NCBI GenBank assembly: GCA_041660005.1
Contig: JBAZXG010000003.1
Coordinates: 835-64,834 of the forward strand
DNA length: 64,000 nt
DNA from: Patescibacteria group bacterium
GTDB lineage: Bacteria > Patescibacteriota > Patescibacteriia > GWA2-46-9
Reading direction: 5' to 3'
The notes below the pieces were generated by a model. That model was not told the DNA's origin. It saw only the letters and a list, made by a program, of their open reading frames with translations, and did no database searches. This document shows positions 16,383 through 26,259 of this stretch, piece after piece (position 1 is the stretch's first letter; every line of letters starts with the position of its first letter). Both the position numbers and the translations under genes were made by a program.

Positions 16383-16895
16383 ATGACAGACGGTTCAGAG
16401 CAGCAAACAAAAAAACAGTCGCTAGAAAAGCGCATTGAGGAACTCGAGGCAACCCTTAAGGAACATACGGCTGGTTGGCAGCGGGCACGCGCCGATTATC
16501 AAAACCTTAAGCGCGAGTCCGAAGAAAAACAGCATTCCTACGCTGATTTGACGAGACGCCGTATGTTGCAGGATTTGTTGCCAATTTATGATTTATTGAA
16601 GCGGGCAACAGAGACCACACCGGACGCTGAGCACGTCACATCTTGGATTAGCGGAGTTCAGCAAATTGTCACAACCTGGAAAAATTTATTAACGCGATGG
16701 CAGGTAACAACCATTGACACTGAAAACAAATCGTTTGATCCGTCACTGCACGAAGCAGTTGGCACTGACGGTAATATGCAGGTTGGTGCAATTGTAAAAG
16801 AGTTAGAGGGTGGTTATATGGTGAATGGTGTTCTCGTCCGTCCGGCAAAGGTTATCGTTGGTACAAAGGAAGAAGGCAAAAACAAAGCGAGCTAA
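16383..16895 (+). CDS. grpE: Nucleotide exchange factor GrpE
   Basis: 170 aa. Coiled-coil N-terminus and a GrpE C-terminal beta-domain (NGVLVRPAKV). Position between hrcA and dnaK. Confidence 0.85.
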   Translation: MTDGSEQQTKKQSLEKRIEELEATLKEHTAGWQRARADYQNLKRESEEKQHSYADLTRRRMLQDLLPIYDLLKRATETTPDAEHVTSWISGVQQIVTTWKNLLTRWQVTTIDTENKSFDPSLHEAVGTDGNMQVGAIVKELEGGYMVNGVLVRPAKVIVGTKEEGKNKAS

Positions 16896-16919
16896 TTTCA
16901 TTTATTAACCTCTATTATT

Positions 16920-17342
16920 ATGTCTCGACTAATTCGTTGGAGTCCCGTGGTTCCCGATTTCTTCGAGGACACAGAAAAGTTTCTCGAAGAATATGGACTA
17001 TCTGGTGCAGCCGTGCTACCGGTTGATATTTATCAAACCGAGGATAGCGTCATTGTCGAAACGCCACTACCCGGCATAGATCCCAAAAACATTGAAGTTT
17101 CTGTTGATCATAATGTTTTGACCATACGCGGGAAAGTTGAGCATAAAACTGAGATTGACGAGAAGAACTATTATCGAAAAGAAGTGCGTAGTAACTCGTA
17201 TCACCGTGCAGTTGCCTTGCCTGTTCATGTTGACCAGGCGAAAGCTGAAGCAGACTACAAGAATGGTATGCTCATTGTCCGGTTGCCGAAAGCGAGCGAA
17301 CCGAACACTAAGACAATTCAAGTTAAGCGTTCGACTGCCTAA
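16920..17342 (+). CDS. Hsp20/alpha-crystallin family small heat-shock protein
   Basis: 140 aa. Alpha-crystallin domain (VDIYQTEDSVIVETPLPGIDPKNIEVSVDHNVLTIRG...AEADYKNGMLIVRLPK). Confidence 0.85.
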   Translation: MSRLIRWSPVVPDFFEDTEKFLEEYGLSGAAVLPVDIYQTEDSVIVETPLPGIDPKNIEVSVDHNVLTIRGKVEHKTEIDEKNYYRKEVRSNSYHRAVALPVHVDQAKAEADYKNGMLIVRLPKASEPNTKTIQVKRSTA

Positions 17343-17350
17343 TCTTAATT

Positions 17351-17412
17351 CCTCTCCCTATTCAGGGAGGGGGATCCGGGTGAGCCTAGAGTACGACTCA
17401 GGGTTCACCCGG
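17351..17412 (+). terminator. Two tandem intergenic hairpins between hsp20 and dnaK, possibly an attenuator or processing site. No T-tract follows on the + strand.
   Basis: Hairpin cctctccc-tattca-gggagggg at 17351-17372 and ccgggtga...tcacccgg at 17376-17412. Confidence 0.3.
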
Positions 17413-17458
17413 GTCACAAAAAAGTTAACTATCTTTAAAGCAAATTAATCTAAAATCT

Positions 17459-19378
17459 ATGGCAAAAATAATTGGAATCGACCTTGGTACGACAAATTCG
17501 TGTGTAGCAGTTATGGAGGGAGGAGAGCCGAAGGTAATAGAGAACCGCGAAGGAAACCGGACGACGCCATCGGTTGTGGCGATGTCGAAAAATGGTGACC
17601 GCCTCGTGGGTCTTGTTGCCAAACGGCAAGCAGTAACGAATCCCGAGAATACGATTTTTTCAGTGAAGCGTCTCATAGGTCGACGGTTTGAGGAGGACGA
17701 AGTGCAGCGCGACATTAAGCTGATGCCGTACCGAATTTCTAAATCAGGCGACGGCATTAAAGTTGCTATGAGCGGCAAGGATTATACCCCTCAAGAAATT
17801 TCTGCCATGGTATTGCAGCAGCTCAAAGCTGATGCAGAAGAGCGTCTTGGGGAAAAAGTAACAGAAGCCGTCATTACGGTTCCTGCATATTTTAACGATG
17901 CCCAACGTCAGGCGACCAAAGATGCAGGTGAGATTGCAGGACTAAAAGTTCGCCGCATCATCAATGAGCCAACGGCTGCAGCACTTGCCTATGGGCTCGA
18001 CAAGAAAAAAGACCAAAAAATTGTTGTCTACGATCTGGGGGGCGGCACATTTGACGTTTCAGTGCTTGAGGTGGGAGACGACACCGTAGAAGTCAAGGCG
18101 ACCAATGGTGACACCCATCTTGGTGGCGACGATTTTGATCAGGCCATCATTGAATGGACGATTACCGAGTTCAAGAAGGACCAGGGCATTGATCTTTCAA
18201 AAGATCGTCTCGCCTTGCAGCGCATTAAAGAAGCAGCTGAAAAAGCAAAAATTGAATTGACCTCAGCTCCAGAAACTGAAATTAGCCAGCCGTTTATAAC
18301 TTCGGACGCTGCTGGACCAAAACATCTTAACATCAAGTTGTCTCGCGCTAAGCTCGAAGACTTGGTAGGGAAGCTCGTAGAAAAAACCCTTGAACCCTGT
18401 AAAAAAGCGCTGGCTGATGCAAAACTAAAGACAACGGATATTGATGAAATCGTCATGGTCGGCGGTATGACGCGTATGCCACTCGTGCAGCAAACGGTTG
18501 AGAAGTTTTTTGGGAAGAAACTGCACCTCGGTGTTAACCCTGACGAAGTTGTGGCTATTGGCGCCGCGGTACAGGCAGGCGTATTGCAGGGTGAAATTAA
18601 AGATGTGCTGCTTCTTGACGTAACGCCGCTCTCGTTTGGCATTGAAACACTTGGTGGCGTCATGACAAAATTGATTGAGCGCAATACCACCATTCCAACT
18701 TCAAAATCACAAGTTTTCTCAACGGCAGCTGACAGCCAAACTTCGGTAGAAGTGCACGTTTTGCAAGGAGAGCGTGAAATGGCTGCAGATAACAAGTCTC
18801 TTGGGCGCTTCATTCTTTCTGGTATCCCGGCTGCCCCACGCGGTGTTCCTCAAGTTGAAGTAAGCTTTGATATTGATGCTAACGGCATTCTGAACGTGAA
18901 AGCCGTAGATAAAGCAACCAACAAAGAGCAAACCATTACCATTACTGCTTCATCCGGGCTCTCTAAGGATGAAATCGAGAAAATGAAAAAAGATGCTGAA
19001 CTGCACGCCGATGAAGACAAAAAGCGTCGGGAACTCATTGAACTTAAAAATAGTGCAGACGGTCTTGTGTATTCAACAGAGAAAACCGTCAAAGAGGCTG
19101 GAGACAAGGTGGACGCTGAGGTAAAGAAGTCTGTCGAGGAAAAGGTAGAAGCATTGAAAAAGGTTAAAGAGAGCGAAGACATCGAGGCAATCAAAAAAGC
19201 GTTTGATGAACTTGGTACGGTTATTCAGAAAGTTGGTGCAGATCTCTACAAAGCGACGCAAAGCAATGAGGGTGCGCCAGCAGAAAAAAAGGAAGAGGGT
19301 CCTGTTGATGCGCATTATGAAGAGAAAAAAGATGATGAGCAGCCAAAGTCAACAGAAGAAAAATCAAATGATCTGTAG
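17459..19378 (+). CDS. dnaK: Molecular chaperone DnaK (Hsp70)
   Basis: 639 aa. [24 protein letters not shown], and an EEVD-like acidic C-terminus. Confidence 0.97.
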   Translation: MAKIIGIDLGTTNSCVAVMEGGEPKVIENREGNRTTPSVVAMSKNGDRLVGLVAKRQAVTNPENTIFSVKRLIGRRFEEDEVQRDIKLMPYRISKSGDGIKVAMSGKDYTPQEISAMVLQQLKADAEERLGEKVTEAVITVPAYFNDAQRQATKDAGEIAGLKVRRIINEPTAAALAYGLDKKKDQKIVVYDLGGGTFDVSVLEVGDDTVEVKATNGDTHLGGDDFDQAIIEWTITEFKKDQGIDLSKDRLALQRIKEAAEKAKIELTSAPETEISQPFITSDAAGPKHLNIKLSRAKLEDLVGKLVEKTLEPCKKALADAKLKTTDIDEIVMVGGMTRMPLVQQTVEKFFGKKLHLGVNPDEVVAIGAAVQAGVLQGEIKDVLLLDVTPLSFGIETLGGVMTKLIERNTTIPTSKSQVFSTAADSQTSVEVHVLQGEREMAADNKSLGRFILSGIPAAPRGVPQVEVSFDIDANGILNVKAVDKATNKEQTITITASSGLSKDEIEKMKKDAELHADEDKKRRELIELKNSADGLVYSTEKTVKEAGDKVDAEVKKSVEEKVEALKKVKESEDIEAIKKAFDELGTVIQKVGADLYKATQSNEGAPAEKKEEGPVDAHYEEKKDDEQPKSTEEKSNDL

Positions 19379-19430
19379 TTGTTGGTGTAGTGGCGCCATT
19401 CGTACCTAAATTTATTCGACGAATTCTTAA

Positions 19431-19742
19431 TTGGTAATCCGTAATCATAACCATATGGCCGATCAAAAAAACATGCAGATTAAGGCGAGCGACGAAGCGC
19501 TCAAAGGAACGTATGCTAACCTCATGCAGGTTAGTCATCTGAAAGAGGAGTTCATTTTGGATTTTATGAATGTATATCCCTTTCAGGGAATCGGAACCCT
19601 AAACGCGCGGGTTATAGTGAGCCCTTCTCACTATAAACGCATGGTTGCCGCCATGCAGGAAAACCTTAAGCGTTACGAGGAAACACACGGCACAATCGCC
19701 GCAGGTGATGCACCGAGTGCGGAAGTTGGTTTTCAGGCGTAG
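19431..19742 (+). CDS. Hypothetical small protein (103 aa) inserted between dnaK and dnaJ
   Basis: Clean ORF. Start possibly at the internal Met (MADQKN...). No motif recognised. A GC hairpin at 19761-19782 (agcgccgcc-gtta-ggcggcgct) follows it. Confidence 0.5.
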   Translation: MVIRNHNHMADQKNMQIKASDEALKGTYANLMQVSHLKEEFILDFMNVYPFQGIGTLNARVIVSPSHYKRMVAAMQENLKRYEETHGTIAAGDAPSAEVGFQA

Positions 19743-19798
19743 AGACTTTTCTTTCTCGGAAGCGCCGCCGTTAGGCGGCGCTCCTGCTAACATTCACC

Positions 19799-20905
19799 AT
19801 GGCTAAAGATTATTATAGTATTTTAGGAGTCAACAAAAGCGCTTCTGCTGACGAGATCAAGAAAGCGTATCGTAAGTTGGCGCACAAACATCATCCTGAT
19901 AAAGCCGTGGAAGGAAGCAGCGAACACAAGGAAAGCGAAAAAAAGTTTAAAGAGTTGAACGAGGCCTATCAGGTGCTTTCGGACGCAAATAAGCGTCAGC
20001 AGTATGATCAGTTTGGTACTACGTTTGACCAAGCGTCTCCGGGTGGCGGTGGTTACGGTGGTGGATTTGGCGGTTTCAGTCAGGGTGGAAATATTAATAT
20101 AGATTTTGACGATCTTGAGGATCTCTTTGGTGGAGTTTTTCGTGGTTTCGGTGGAGGTTCGCGTAGAGCAAGTCGGCAGACCAAAGGAGCAGATATTCAG
20201 ATGGCGGAAACGATCAGCTTTAAAGAGGCAGCCTTTGGGGTCAAACGTGAGTTACGATTGTACAAAACAGTGCCCTGCCCAGGATGTAAAGGAAGCGGTG
20301 CTGAACAGGGAAGCAAGGTCGTGACCTGTAAGACCTGCCAAGGTCAGGGTCAGGTAGCTGACGTACAAAATACTATTTTTGGAAGTTTCCAAACCGTGCG
20401 CGCCTGCTCTGCATGTGGCGGTATGGGGAGCATTCCGGAAAAGATTTGCTCAACTTGTCGCGGCAGGCGCATCACCAAAGAAACAGTTACCCTGACCGTT
20501 GATATACCAGCTGGTATTAGTGACGGAGAGACCTTGCGTTTGACCAGTCAAGGCGAAGCTGGGGACCGCGGATTGGCTGGGGACCTGTACATAACCGTAC
20601 GCGTTGAAGCGGACCGACTGTTTGAACGGCATGGCAACGATGTTGTGACGGTTTTACCGATATCGTTTAGCGAGGCAGCACTCGGTATTGTGCGTGATGT
20701 GGAGACTATTGATGGAGCGGTAGCCGTGACCATACCGCCAGGTACGCAAAGTGGAGCTGTGCTGCGCTTAACGCGTAAAGGAATACCGCACTTACATGGC
20801 AAAGGCAGGGGCGACCATCTGGTAACCATTAAGGTGAAAACACCTGTAAAATTAAGTAAGTCTCAGCGTAAACTTTTTGAAGAATTGGCTGAACTTGATT
20901 CTTAA
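19799..20905 (+). CDS. dnaJ: Molecular chaperone DnaJ (Hsp40)
   Basis: 368 aa. J-domain with the HPD motif (KHHPDK), a G/F-rich region, and four CxxCxGxG zinc-finger repeats. Confidence 0.95.
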   Translation: MAKDYYSILGVNKSASADEIKKAYRKLAHKHHPDKAVEGSSEHKESEKKFKELNEAYQVLSDANKRQQYDQFGTTFDQASPGGGGYGGGFGGFSQGGNINIDFDDLEDLFGGVFRGFGGGSRRASRQTKGADIQMAETISFKEAAFGVKRELRLYKTVPCPGCKGSGAEQGSKVVTCKTCQGQGQVADVQNTIFGSFQTVRACSACGGMGSIPEKICSTCRGRRITKETVTLTVDIPAGISDGETLRLTSQGEAGDRGLAGDLYITVRVEADRLFERHGNDVVTVLPISFSEAALGIVRDVETIDGAVAVTIPPGTQSGAVLRLTRKGIPHLHGKGRGDHLVTIKVKTPVKLSKSQRKLFEELAELDS

Positions 20906-21005
20906 TTTGCTGAGGATGACTTTGTCTTCGCTGTAAAAACAGTGTGGATCGCGCTATACTACTACCCATCCCGGTTACATTCTGATTAGAAATTACCTTT
21001 AGACT

Positions 21006-22400
21006 ATGGAGCTAACGTTCTACAATACACTGAGTCGGCGGAAAGAAATTTTCAGTCCAATTCGGCCAAAGACTGTCTATCTTTATACCTGTGGACCAAC
21101 AGTGTACTGGTACGCACACATCGGTAATTTTCGCACGTTCATTTTTTACGATGTACTGCGCCGAGCGTTAGAATTTTTTGGCTACCGTGTCCGTCATGTA
21201 ATGAATATCACGGACGTCGGACATCTTGTTGCTGATGCTGATACCGGTGAAGAAAAAATGGCTGAAGCAGCCAAGCGTGAAAGAAAAACGGCCTGGCAAG
21301 TAGCTGATTTTTATGCTGGCACGTTTATGCGAGATGCGCGCCTGTTTAACCTTAAACCGCCCACGAAGCAACCACGGGCGACTGAGCATATCAAAGAACA
21401 AATCGCCATGATTCAGCTTCTTGAAGAGCAGGGTCATACCTATGTCACCGAAGACGGGGTTTATTTTAATACCGCAACTTTTCCTGCCTATGGCAAATTG
21501 AGTGGTCAGTCGCTCGATGATAAGCAGGGCGGGAAGCGTGTGTCCGTGGCCAATAAAAAACATCCAGCAGATTTTGCTCTGTGGAAATTTTCTCCAGCGT
21601 CAGAAAAGCGAGATATGGAATGGCAAAGTCCATGGGGAGTTGGTTTTCCCGGTTGGCATATTGAATGTTCTGCCATGTCGAGAAAGTACCTCGGGCAACC
21701 GTTTGATATTCATGCGGGTGGCATCGACCACATGCCGGTGCATCACGAAAATGAAATTGCGCAATCCGAAGCAGCCTACGGTGTACCACTAGCAAACTAT
21801 TGGATGCACGGTGAATTTATGGTTCTTGGTAAACCTGAAGAGGAGCGACGCATGGGAAAGTCAGAAGGGAATATCAAGACCGTGAGCGAGATTGTCACTG
21901 AGCTTGGTGTCGAGCCGTTAGCATTTCGTTATCTGTGTCTGACAACACATTATCGTAGTAAGTTGTACTTTAGCGAAGAGGCCTTGAAGGGCGCTGACCA
22001 GGCATTGAAGCGATTGCGGGCGCACGCTCAGGAATTTGGGAAAGCAGGACGGGTGGGTGTCGTTGCCTATGAGGAACGTTTTCGTGACGCTCTAGCGAAC
22101 GATCTTGATACGCCGACAGCTCTTGCGACCGTATGGGAAATGGTGCGTAATCCTGATAAAGATATCGAAGCGGTAAAGCGAAGTTTGTTAACATTCGATA
22201 GCATACTCGGACTCGATTTGGATCGGTTACCTAAAAAAATTTCCGTGCCGAGAAAAGTTCGGAATTTAGTGGCTGATCGCGAAACTGCACGCCAGGAGAA
22301 AGACTGGCAAAAAGCCGATGCCCTGCGATCCGCCGTACAAAGCGCGGGTTACGACGTTGAAGACACTGCCGACGGCCCGAGGGTTCATTTACTGTCTTAG
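21006..22400 (+). CDS. cysS: Cysteine--tRNA ligase
   Basis: 464 aa. HIGN motif (YAHIGNFRTF), KMSKS variant (RMGKSEGN), and the class-I CysRS layout. Confidence 0.92.
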   Translation: MELTFYNTLSRRKEIFSPIRPKTVYLYTCGPTVYWYAHIGNFRTFIFYDVLRRALEFFGYRVRHVMNITDVGHLVADADTGEEKMAEAAKRERKTAWQVADFYAGTFMRDARLFNLKPPTKQPRATEHIKEQIAMIQLLEEQGHTYVTEDGVYFNTATFPAYGKLSGQSLDDKQGGKRVSVANKKHPADFALWKFSPASEKRDMEWQSPWGVGFPGWHIECSAMSRKYLGQPFDIHAGGIDHMPVHHENEIAQSEAAYGVPLANYWMHGEFMVLGKPEEERRMGKSEGNIKTVSEIVTELGVEPLAFRYLCLTTHYRSKLYFSEEALKGADQALKRLRAHAQEFGKAGRVGVVAYEERFRDALANDLDTPTALATVWEMVRNPDKDIEAVKRSLLTFDSILGLDLDRLPKKISVPRKVRNLVADRETARQEKDWQKADALRSAVQSAGYDVEDTADGPRVHLLS

Positions 22401-22439
22401 TTCGTAGTTATTTAGTTCGAGGCCTATACGTGCTACGCT

Positions 22440-22922
22440 GTGTATATGCATAGCGCAACTGTAGAATCAAAAAAGCAACAAGAGGGGCGCGAAGAAGCGT
22501 CGCAAGCGAAGCACGAGCAGGAGGCAGTGCACGAGAAGCCACAGGCCGATTCGCCTGCGGCTCCTTCATCGATGCAAACGATTACGCCCGTAATTTTTTC
22601 TTCTAGTAGCACGCCAGAAGTTGCCTCGTCTACAAAAAGTCAATCATTGCAGCAGATCGAAGATATTTTATCGGAAGACTTAGGGGAAGTATATGCGTCT
22701 CTTTCGCCGAAGGAGCAGTTCATTATTAAAACAAAAGGAGAACAAACAGCGGAGAAAATTCGCGAGGTATTGCGTCAGGCAACACTACAATTTCGTACGC
22801 TTTTTAAACTCATTTTATCGTGGTTGCGCGTCATACCAGGAGTTGCTCGTCCGTTTGTTGAACAAGAGGCAAAAATTAAAGCGGATAAACTGCTCCGCCT
22901 GAGGAGCAAAAAAGATTTGTGA
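22440..22922 (+). CDS. Hypothetical protein (160 aa), Ser/Thr/Pro-rich N-terminus with a basic helical C-terminus
   Basis: ORF immediately upstream of the VirB4/VirD4-like ATPase and overlapping it. No TM segment and no recognised motif. Confidence 0.45.
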   Translation: MYMHSATVESKKQQEGREEASQAKHEQEAVHEKPQADSPAAPSSMQTITPVIFSSSSTPEVASSTKSQSLQQIEDILSEDLGEVYASLSPKEQFIIKTKGEQTAEKIREVLRQATLQFRTLFKLILSWLRVIPGVARPFVEQEAKIKADKLLRLRSKKDL

Positions 22923-25459
22923 ACATTATACCCGTTACACCAGAGACAAGTTTTATATCTCCACTTCTCTATCCATGGCTCGTTGCGTTAGGTGTTGCTG
23001 GTGTCGTTTTTCTTTTGATACTCCGCGCTATTTACCGCCGTACCTACCAGCATGGTGTTGCATTGAATAAAGTAGTGCTTTTGGTCACTGTTCCAAAGTA
23101 CGAATCCAAGAATAAGGAGGAGTCGAAAGGTATTGAACAACTGCGCGAACAAATTGCTCTGGCTGAGTCGCTTTTTTCCAGCATTGGCGGTTTACGCGCC
23201 GAGCGCAGTTTTGGCGCGTACCTTTGGGGCAGGAGAGACCATTTAGCGCTTGAAATCGTTGCCACAAAAGGAGAGATTCTTTTTTATGTGGTGGTCCCGC
23301 GTCAGATGCAGCGTTTTATTGAGCAGCACATTCATGCTCAGTATCCCGCAGCACACGTCGAGGAATCAGCTGACTATAATATATTTTTACCGCACGGAGT
23401 GTCACGGGGTGCAGTTCTCCACTTTAGTCGGTCATATATTTTTCCTATTCGTACCTATAAAGAGATTGACACTGATCCCTTGCTTGCCGTTACCAATGCG
23501 CTTAGTCGACTCGGTACCAATGGGGCCGCGGTGCAGATTGTGATTCGTTCAGCAAAACGTGGGTGGCATCGTTATGGGCAGCGCACTGCGTCATTAATGC
23601 ATCAAGGTAAGAGTTTTAAAGAGGCCTATTTGGCGGGTCATGGCAGCTGGTATGTTCGTATGGCCGTGCACATCATGCGTGCCTTGTACCCCGCGCCCAA
23701 AAAGGACAACCGAGACGACGATATATACTCACAGAAACAGCACTCGCGTCATCAATTGAGCGCCCTTGAGCAAGAAATGGCAAAGCGCGTTGAGGAGAAA
23801 ACAAGTAAGGCCGGGCTTGATGCAAATATTCGCGTGGTCGTTTCAACGCCGCGAGCAGTGGACAGCGACCGAGCGCTCGACAACATTTTAAATGCCTTTA
23901 ATCAGTTTGGCATGTATCAGTACGGGAATCGTTTCGTACCCAGTCGGCCAAGAAGTCAACAAACGCTTCTGCGTCGATTTATTTACCGTGATTTTGTGAA
24001 ACGAAATGCCGTGCTGTTGAATGCCGAAGAATTGGCGAGCATATTCCATTTTCCGCTTATTGGAACAGAGACGCCGAACATCCGGTGGCTGCGGTCAAAG
24101 AAGGCCGCCGCGCCAACGGTGCTACCTGATGAAGGTGTTGTCCTCGGCGTGAATAAGTATCGCGGCGAGGAGCGCCTCATTCGTTTTGCCACGGCGGATC
24201 GCCGTCGTCATTGCTACATCATTGGAACAACGGGTTCTGGGAAATCAGTGCTCATGAGCGAAATGGTTAAGCAGGACATTGCGGCAGGGCGTGGAGTTTG
24301 CGTTATTGACCCTCACGGATCAACTGTCGAAGATATTCTTGAATGTATTCCTTCATCGCGTGCGAATGATGTTATTTATTTTGACCCCGCTGACGTCGAG
24401 CGCCCCATGGGGCTTAACATGCTTGACGCAACGACGCCGGCAGAAATGGATTTTGCTACGCAAGAAATGATTGCCATTTTTTACAAGCTGGTAACTGATC
24501 CGTCGATGATTGGTCCGATGTTTGAACACAATATGCGGAACGCCATGCTGACTTTAATGAGCGATCGAGAGCAGCCGGGTACACTCGTGGAAATACCAAG
24601 AATATTTACCGACACGGAATTTCAGCGGTTTAAAGTAAAAAAAGTTAACGATCCGATAGTACGGGCCTTTTGGGAGCAGGAAATGGCTAAAACTTCAGAT
24701 TTTCACAAGTCTGAAATGCTTGGGTATTTGATTTCCAAAGTAGGACGTTTCATTGAAAACAGCATGATGCGCAATATTATTGGACAATCGAAGTCCGCCT
24801 TTAATTTGCGTCAGGTCATGGACGAAGGGAAAATTCTCTTGGTCAATTTATCAAAGGGCAAAATTGGCGATATCAACGCAAACTTGCTTGGGCTCATACT
24901 CGTGTCAAAGATTCAGATGGCAGCGCTTTCTCGTGCCGATTCTCGCGAGGACAGCTATAAGGATTTTTATTTGTATATTGATGAGTTCCAGAATTTTATT
25001 ACTGATTCAATTGCTACGATTCTTTCTGAGGCGCGTAAGTATAAGTTGAACTTGATCATGGCACATCAGTACATTGGTCAGCTGGTGCAAGGTCAAGATA
25101 CCAAGATTCGCGATGCGGTTTTAGGAAACATCGGCTCAATCATCGCTTTTCGTGTTGGCGTGGAAGACACGGAGATGCTGGCTAAAGAATTTGAACCAGT
25201 CTTTACGGAGTACGATCTCATCAACATTGATCGGTTTCACGCTTATGTGCGGCTGCTCATTAACAACAGTGTCACGAGGCCCTTCGATATAGACACGTTC
25301 CCGCCGACCGTTGGCGACCCGGCGCGTGCAGCTATTTTAAAGCAGGCATCACGAATGCGTTACGGGCGCGATCGTAGAGAAGTTGAAGCTGAAATTATAG
25401 AACGCGGTAGACTTTCTTCACTGGGGGCGCCGACCGTTGATCGAGCCGTGTTACTCTAG
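22919..25459 (+). CDS. Type IV secretion-family ATPase (VirB4/TrbE- or VirD4/TraD-like; FtsK/HerA superfamily) with N-terminal TM anchor
   Basis: 846 aa. A TM helix near the N-terminus. Walker A GTTGSGKS at about residue 435, followed by VIDPHGS. Walker B LYIDEFQNF. EARKYKLNLIMAHQ matches the E-[AG]-R-K-x-G...Q motif of T4SS ATPases. Confidence 0.65.
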   Translation: MNIIPVTPETSFISPLLYPWLVALGVAGVVFLLILRAIYRRTYQHGVALNKVVLLVTVPKYESKNKEESKGIEQLREQIALAESLFSSIGGLRAERSFGAYLWGRRDHLALEIVATKGEILFYVVVPRQMQRFIEQHIHAQYPAAHVEESADYNIFLPHGVSRGAVLHFSRSYIFPIRTYKEIDTDPLLAVTNALSRLGTNGAAVQIVIRSAKRGWHRYGQRTASLMHQGKSFKEAYLAGHGSWYVRMAVHIMRALYPAPKKDNRDDDIYSQKQHSRHQLSALEQEMAKRVEEKTSKAGLDANIRVVVSTPRAVDSDRALDNILNAFNQFGMYQYGNRFVPSRPRSQQTLLRRFIYRDFVKRNAVLLNAEELASIFHFPLIGTETPNIRWLRSKKAAAPTVLPDEGVVLGVNKYRGEERLIRFATADRRRHCYIIGTTGSGKSVLMSEMVKQDIAAGRGVCVIDPHGSTVEDILECIPSSRANDVIYFDPADVERPMGLNMLDATTPAEMDFATQEMIAIFYKLVTDPSMIGPMFEHNMRNAMLTLMSDREQPGTLVEIPRIFTDTEFQRFKVKKVNDPIVRAFWEQEMAKTSDFHKSEMLGYLISKVGRFIENSMMRNIIGQSKSAFNLRQVMDEGKILLVNLSKGKIGDINANLLGLILVSKIQMAALSRADSREDSYKDFYLYIDEFQNFITDSIATILSEARKYKLNLIMAHQYIGQLVQGQDTKIRDAVLGNIGSIIAFRVGVEDTEMLAKEFEPVFTEYDLINIDRFHAYVRLLINNSVTRPFDIDTFPPTVGDPARAAILKQASRMRYGRDRREVEAEIIERGRLSSLGAPTVDRAVLL

Positions 25460-25533
25460 TGGGCATACTTTTCTGGACGTAAAATGAACCCTTCGTTATA
25501 CTGGTTATAGTTACGTTACATCGGTGGTCGCGT

Positions 25534-26175
25534 GTGCAGAGAAACAAAAAACGAAAATATATGGATATAACAAACATACAAGATTTTTCTTCAGAAGAGG
25601 GAACACCAGAAGCAAGTACCGAGATCGGTGTTTCTCACAATGAACAGATCACTGCCGCGAAAGCGGTGTTAGCAAACCAGCTTTTAGAAGAGGCCGTAAC
25701 CTTACTTGAGCGGGTGCGACATTTACTCGGGGTCAGTAGTTCGAGTACTATCGATTTTGTTCAAGCGACTGCCGTAGACGATGACGCAGATGATCCCGAA
25801 GGAAGAGTCATTGAAGGAGTTTTTGACGGTCAAAAAATGGTTGGTCCTGACGGTCGTCATTATTCGGTTCCGGCGAACTATGCGTCGAAGTCAAAATTAG
25901 TAGAGGGCGATCTTTTAAAGTTAATCATTACACCGCGCGGCGCTTTTGTCTTTAAGCAGATTGGCCCGACCAGCAGGCGGCGGCTACTTGGTACATTGCA
26001 TCGTAATATTGACGATAGTGATTGGTGTGTAAAGGCAGAAGGGTGGACCTACCGCGTATTGACGGCGAGCGTTACCTACTTTAAAGGTCGCGACGGCGAC
26101 GAGGTCTCTGTTCTTGTTCCGGAAAGTGGTGAAAGTAAGTGGGCAGCGGTTGAGAACATTATCAAAAAAACGTAA
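25534..26175 (+). CDS. Hypothetical protein (213 aa)
   Basis: Clean ORF downstream of the T4SS-family ATPase. No TM segment. Acidic central segment. Confidence 0.5.
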   Translation: MQRNKKRKYMDITNIQDFSSEEGTPEASTEIGVSHNEQITAAKAVLANQLLEEAVTLLERVRHLLGVSSSSTIDFVQATAVDDDADDPEGRVIEGVFDGQKMVGPDGRHYSVPANYASKSKLVEGDLLKLIITPRGAFVFKQIGPTSRRRLLGTLHRNIDDSDWCVKAEGWTYRVLTASVTYFKGRDGDEVSVLVPESGESKWAAVENIIKKT

Positions 26176-26259
26176 TTGTTTGATGATAGGGTACATCGGG
26201 TATTTTGACCCGGTTTTGTCTTGGCTCAAATGATGCGCTAAACTGCCAACGACCATACT

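Noticed and set aside
18139-19194. Minus-strand ORFs of 224 and 114 aa inside dnaK
   Set aside because: They are antisense to a highly conserved gene and have low-complexity Ser/Thr/Ala-rich translations typical of spurious reverse-frame ORFs.
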